Shown here: positions 61,668 to 64,000 of the stretch, in pieces | Layout of the letters: each line of letters begins with the position of its first letter | How positions within the stretch are numbered: the stretch's first letter is position 1 | Source of the DNA: Schizosaccharomyces osmophilus | Taxonomy: Eukaryota | NCBI RefSeq assembly: GCF_027921745.1 | Contig: NC_079240.1 | Coordinates: 1,240,001-1,304,000, forward strand | DNA length: 64,000 nucleotides | Reading direction: 5' to 3' | Notes under the pieces: generated by a model | Told to the model about the DNA's origin: nothing | Databases searched by the model: none | Seen by the model: the letters and a program-made list of their open reading frames with translations, nothing else | Program-made: the position numbers and the translations under genes

Positions 61668-62213
61668 ACTCGTTGTCTTGCCATTTCTTTTTGTTTAGTC
61701 TTTTTCGTCTTACCTCACTCACAAACCATCATCATAACCACTTATATGGTTACTTCCAACGAAGGTGGTATAGAACAACGCCTTTCTATTTGTAAACCGC
61801 AAAGAAAACCATTGCCCATCAAAAGTTAAGGTTGCTTTGTTTAAAAGGCTTGTATTTGATATATTATTTAATTGTCTAAAAGATAGCGATTTTTTATTCT
61901 GAAAACCAAATAGAGGCGTCTATTCTTTTGGTTCCTTTTGAGCGTTATTAACATTCTCGTTCTCATCTTCCGATTGTTTTATAATCTTTCTTTAGAAAAA
62001 TTGTTTCCTTTTTCATTTTTTTGTTCAATTGATGCTGTAGTCTTGATTTTCAAATCGCATTTTCTACTCTTCCTTAGTCCCTTCATTTCAACTTTTGCAA
62101 ACGTCGGGTTCACTTTATTTTTTTTCAAAAAACATCTTGTTTCTTATTTCTTTAAGTTTATTGCGTCTCCATTCGTTTTCTCGCTCCTAATTTTCTGTTC
62201 AAAATCATCAACC

Positions 62214-63176
62214 ATGGTACGTCGAACTCGCAAGCTGTTAACGGTGGCCGTTTCTTTGCTTGTATTTATATTTATTCTTTTAAAGCTTCTTCTATATTCT
62301 CAAAAATACTTGTACCTTCTACCGACAAAGCAGGCCAGTACTTTGTATTTGAATCAGCAAGAAATTGAAGCAAGTTCGAAGTCTTCCACGGCCTCCCAAA
62401 CGACAGCGATTCCTAAAATAATTCACCAAATTTGGAAAGATGAAAATATTCCTGAAAAGTGGTCAGGTTCTGTAAATTCATGCCGAGCCCAACATCCAGA
62501 GGAGGATGGGTGGACAATAAACCTTTGGACTGACGAAAAGGCCTTGTCTTTTATGGAAACGCATTATTCATGGTTTATGCCTATTTATAATAGTTACCCT
62601 TATGATATTCAACGATTTGATGCTGTTCGCTACTTCATCATATATCATTATGGAGGTGTGTACATTGATTTAGATGTAGGTTGTCAAAAACCTATGGATC
62701 CTTTACTTGATCAAGCAACCTTTTTGCTTCCTGTGACTGAACCGATTGGGTATAGCAATGACTGGTTTGCTGCTACTCCAAGACATGCGTTTCTTTACAA
62801 AGTGATTACTTCTTTGTCCAAATTTAACCATCAGTATTTTACGAAATACCCAACCGTATTGCTAAGTACGGGCCCTTTGTTCATTTCCATTGCACTCTGC
62901 CAGTACTTGTCAGAGCCACATAACACGGTGCGAAGTCTTCCTCCACCTATGTATGCAAATGGTCCGATTTCTTTTTTCTCCCATGTTTATGGTAGTAGTT
63001 GGCATGGATCCGATGCCAGTGCATTTTTTTGGATGCAGAACCATATATTTTATGTTATTATGCTCGTTACCGTATGTATTTTATTGTTGCTTTTTGTACT
63101 CGTCAAAGTCTTCACTGTTCGCCGAAGGAATAGAAACCAGCGCCGACGAGTAATGCAACAAGAACTTAATCCTTAG
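62214..63176 (+). CDS. imt1: inositol-phosphoceramide mannosyltransferase (Sur1/Csg1, GT32 family)
   Basis: N- and C-terminal TM segments; IPKIIHQIW, IQRFDAVRYF, YGGVYIDLD and STGPLF; ATG 62214. The paralog number comes from synteny. Confidence 0.85.
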   Translation: MVRRTRKLLTVAVSLLVFIFILLKLLLYSQKYLYLLPTKQASTLYLNQQEIEASSKSSTASQTTAIPKIIHQIWKDENIPEKWSGSVNSCRAQHPEEDGWTINLWTDEKALSFMETHYSWFMPIYNSYPYDIQRFDAVRYFIIYHYGGVYIDLDVGCQKPMDPLLDQATFLLPVTEPIGYSNDWFAATPRHAFLYKVITSLSKFNHQYFTKYPTVLLSTGPLFISIALCQYLSEPHNTVRSLPPPMYANGPISFFSHVYGSSWHGSDASAFFWMQNHIFYVIMLVTVCILLLLFVLVKVFTVRRRNRNQRRRVMQQELNP

Positions 63177-63494
63177 TTTTTGATTTTGATGAACTGCGTA
63201 TATTTTACAAGTAATGACTCAAAAAGAGAAATTTAAAAATGAATATAAATTATGGAGCGTGAGAGAGTATTGTACAATGGATGACAAGTTATAATCTTCA
63301 CAATTGACTTTAAGTCTACTGCAACATCCCGTTGCATGGAATTCCCGAACATCACCCAGTGAAAGCCTTTTCTAATTTTGCACTCTGAACAATCGATGAG
63401 GGAGGCTATAGTTGTCTTAACATATTGGGTTTGTTTCTCTTTTTTTACTTATTCTTATTGAAGAGAAGACTAAAAAGAAACAAAAGAAACAAAA

Positions 63495-63940
63495 TTATTG
63501 CTTATTTAATGCTGATACATACAAAACTGCAAACACAGGTTAGAGCACTCTTTCGTGTCTTGAACACGCCGAAAGATCATTCCATCAGTCAAGACTTACC
63601 ATTGTTACCACGAATAAAAGCGTCACCATATTCGTTTGTTTTTTTACCATTAACAAATTCTTCTGTCTGTTCCAAGGCAAGATTCATATACCCGTCAAGG
63701 CAACTCAAGATTCCTATATACAAACGCAACATTAGCGTACGAGATTCCAACAAAACCAATCGTAATTCATGGATAAAGCAGTAAATATGATTCAAAGTAC
63801 ATCGTCCGTAGCTTTCCATGACAGATGCTCCACATCCAACATTTCCTTTACATACCACGATAATCCACACCAGAGCTTAAACGGATGATGACAGGTTTTC
63901 CAATAACCTTGTTTAAAAAATCATTTGGTGAAGAGTCCAT
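63495..63940 (-). CDS. lsm6: Lsm6 Sm-like snRNP protein, 3 exons
   Basis: MDSSPNDFLNKVIGKPVIIRLSSGVDYR|GILSCLDGYMNLALEQTEE...YGDAFIRGNN|VLYVSALNKQ*. Confidence 0.95.
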
Positions 63941-64000
63941 TATTTCCCAACTTTTGCTTTTCCAAGTTGTTATAGCACCTTTCGTTAGTTGAGACAGGCA

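Overview
Eukaryotic, intron-containing, gene-dense DNA from a fission yeast. Gene order matches the S. pombe chromosome I block I recall as SPAC1071-SPAC926-SPAC323-SPAC2F3, but the proteins look diverged, so this is probably an octosporus/osmophilus/cryophilus-clade Schizosaccharomyces (species not determinable here). About 31 protein-coding genes are present, mostly housekeeping: pta1, mms19, sil1, spc2, hpm1, arp9, rps15, rpp2, djc9, pma1, stp1, rlc1, hsp90, dph4, dlc2, rpf2, fas1, pos5, pup2, mtq2, uba5/ula1, rmp1, imt1, lsm6 and others. The one accessory-looking segment is ~24.4-28.9 kb. It holds an intact dispersed 5S rRNA gene (28204-28322, minus) and a decayed 5S copy in the same orientation (26521-26603). 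It also holds two decayed multi-exon membrane-protein genes that share upstream and 3' flank motifs. I read this as a fossil tandem [wtf-like gene + 5S rDNA] x2 array of the wtf poison-antidote meiotic-driver type; the family call is inference and needs a homology search. Exon boundaries and identity counts were worked out by hand, and gene symbols come from recognised motifs plus recalled synteny.
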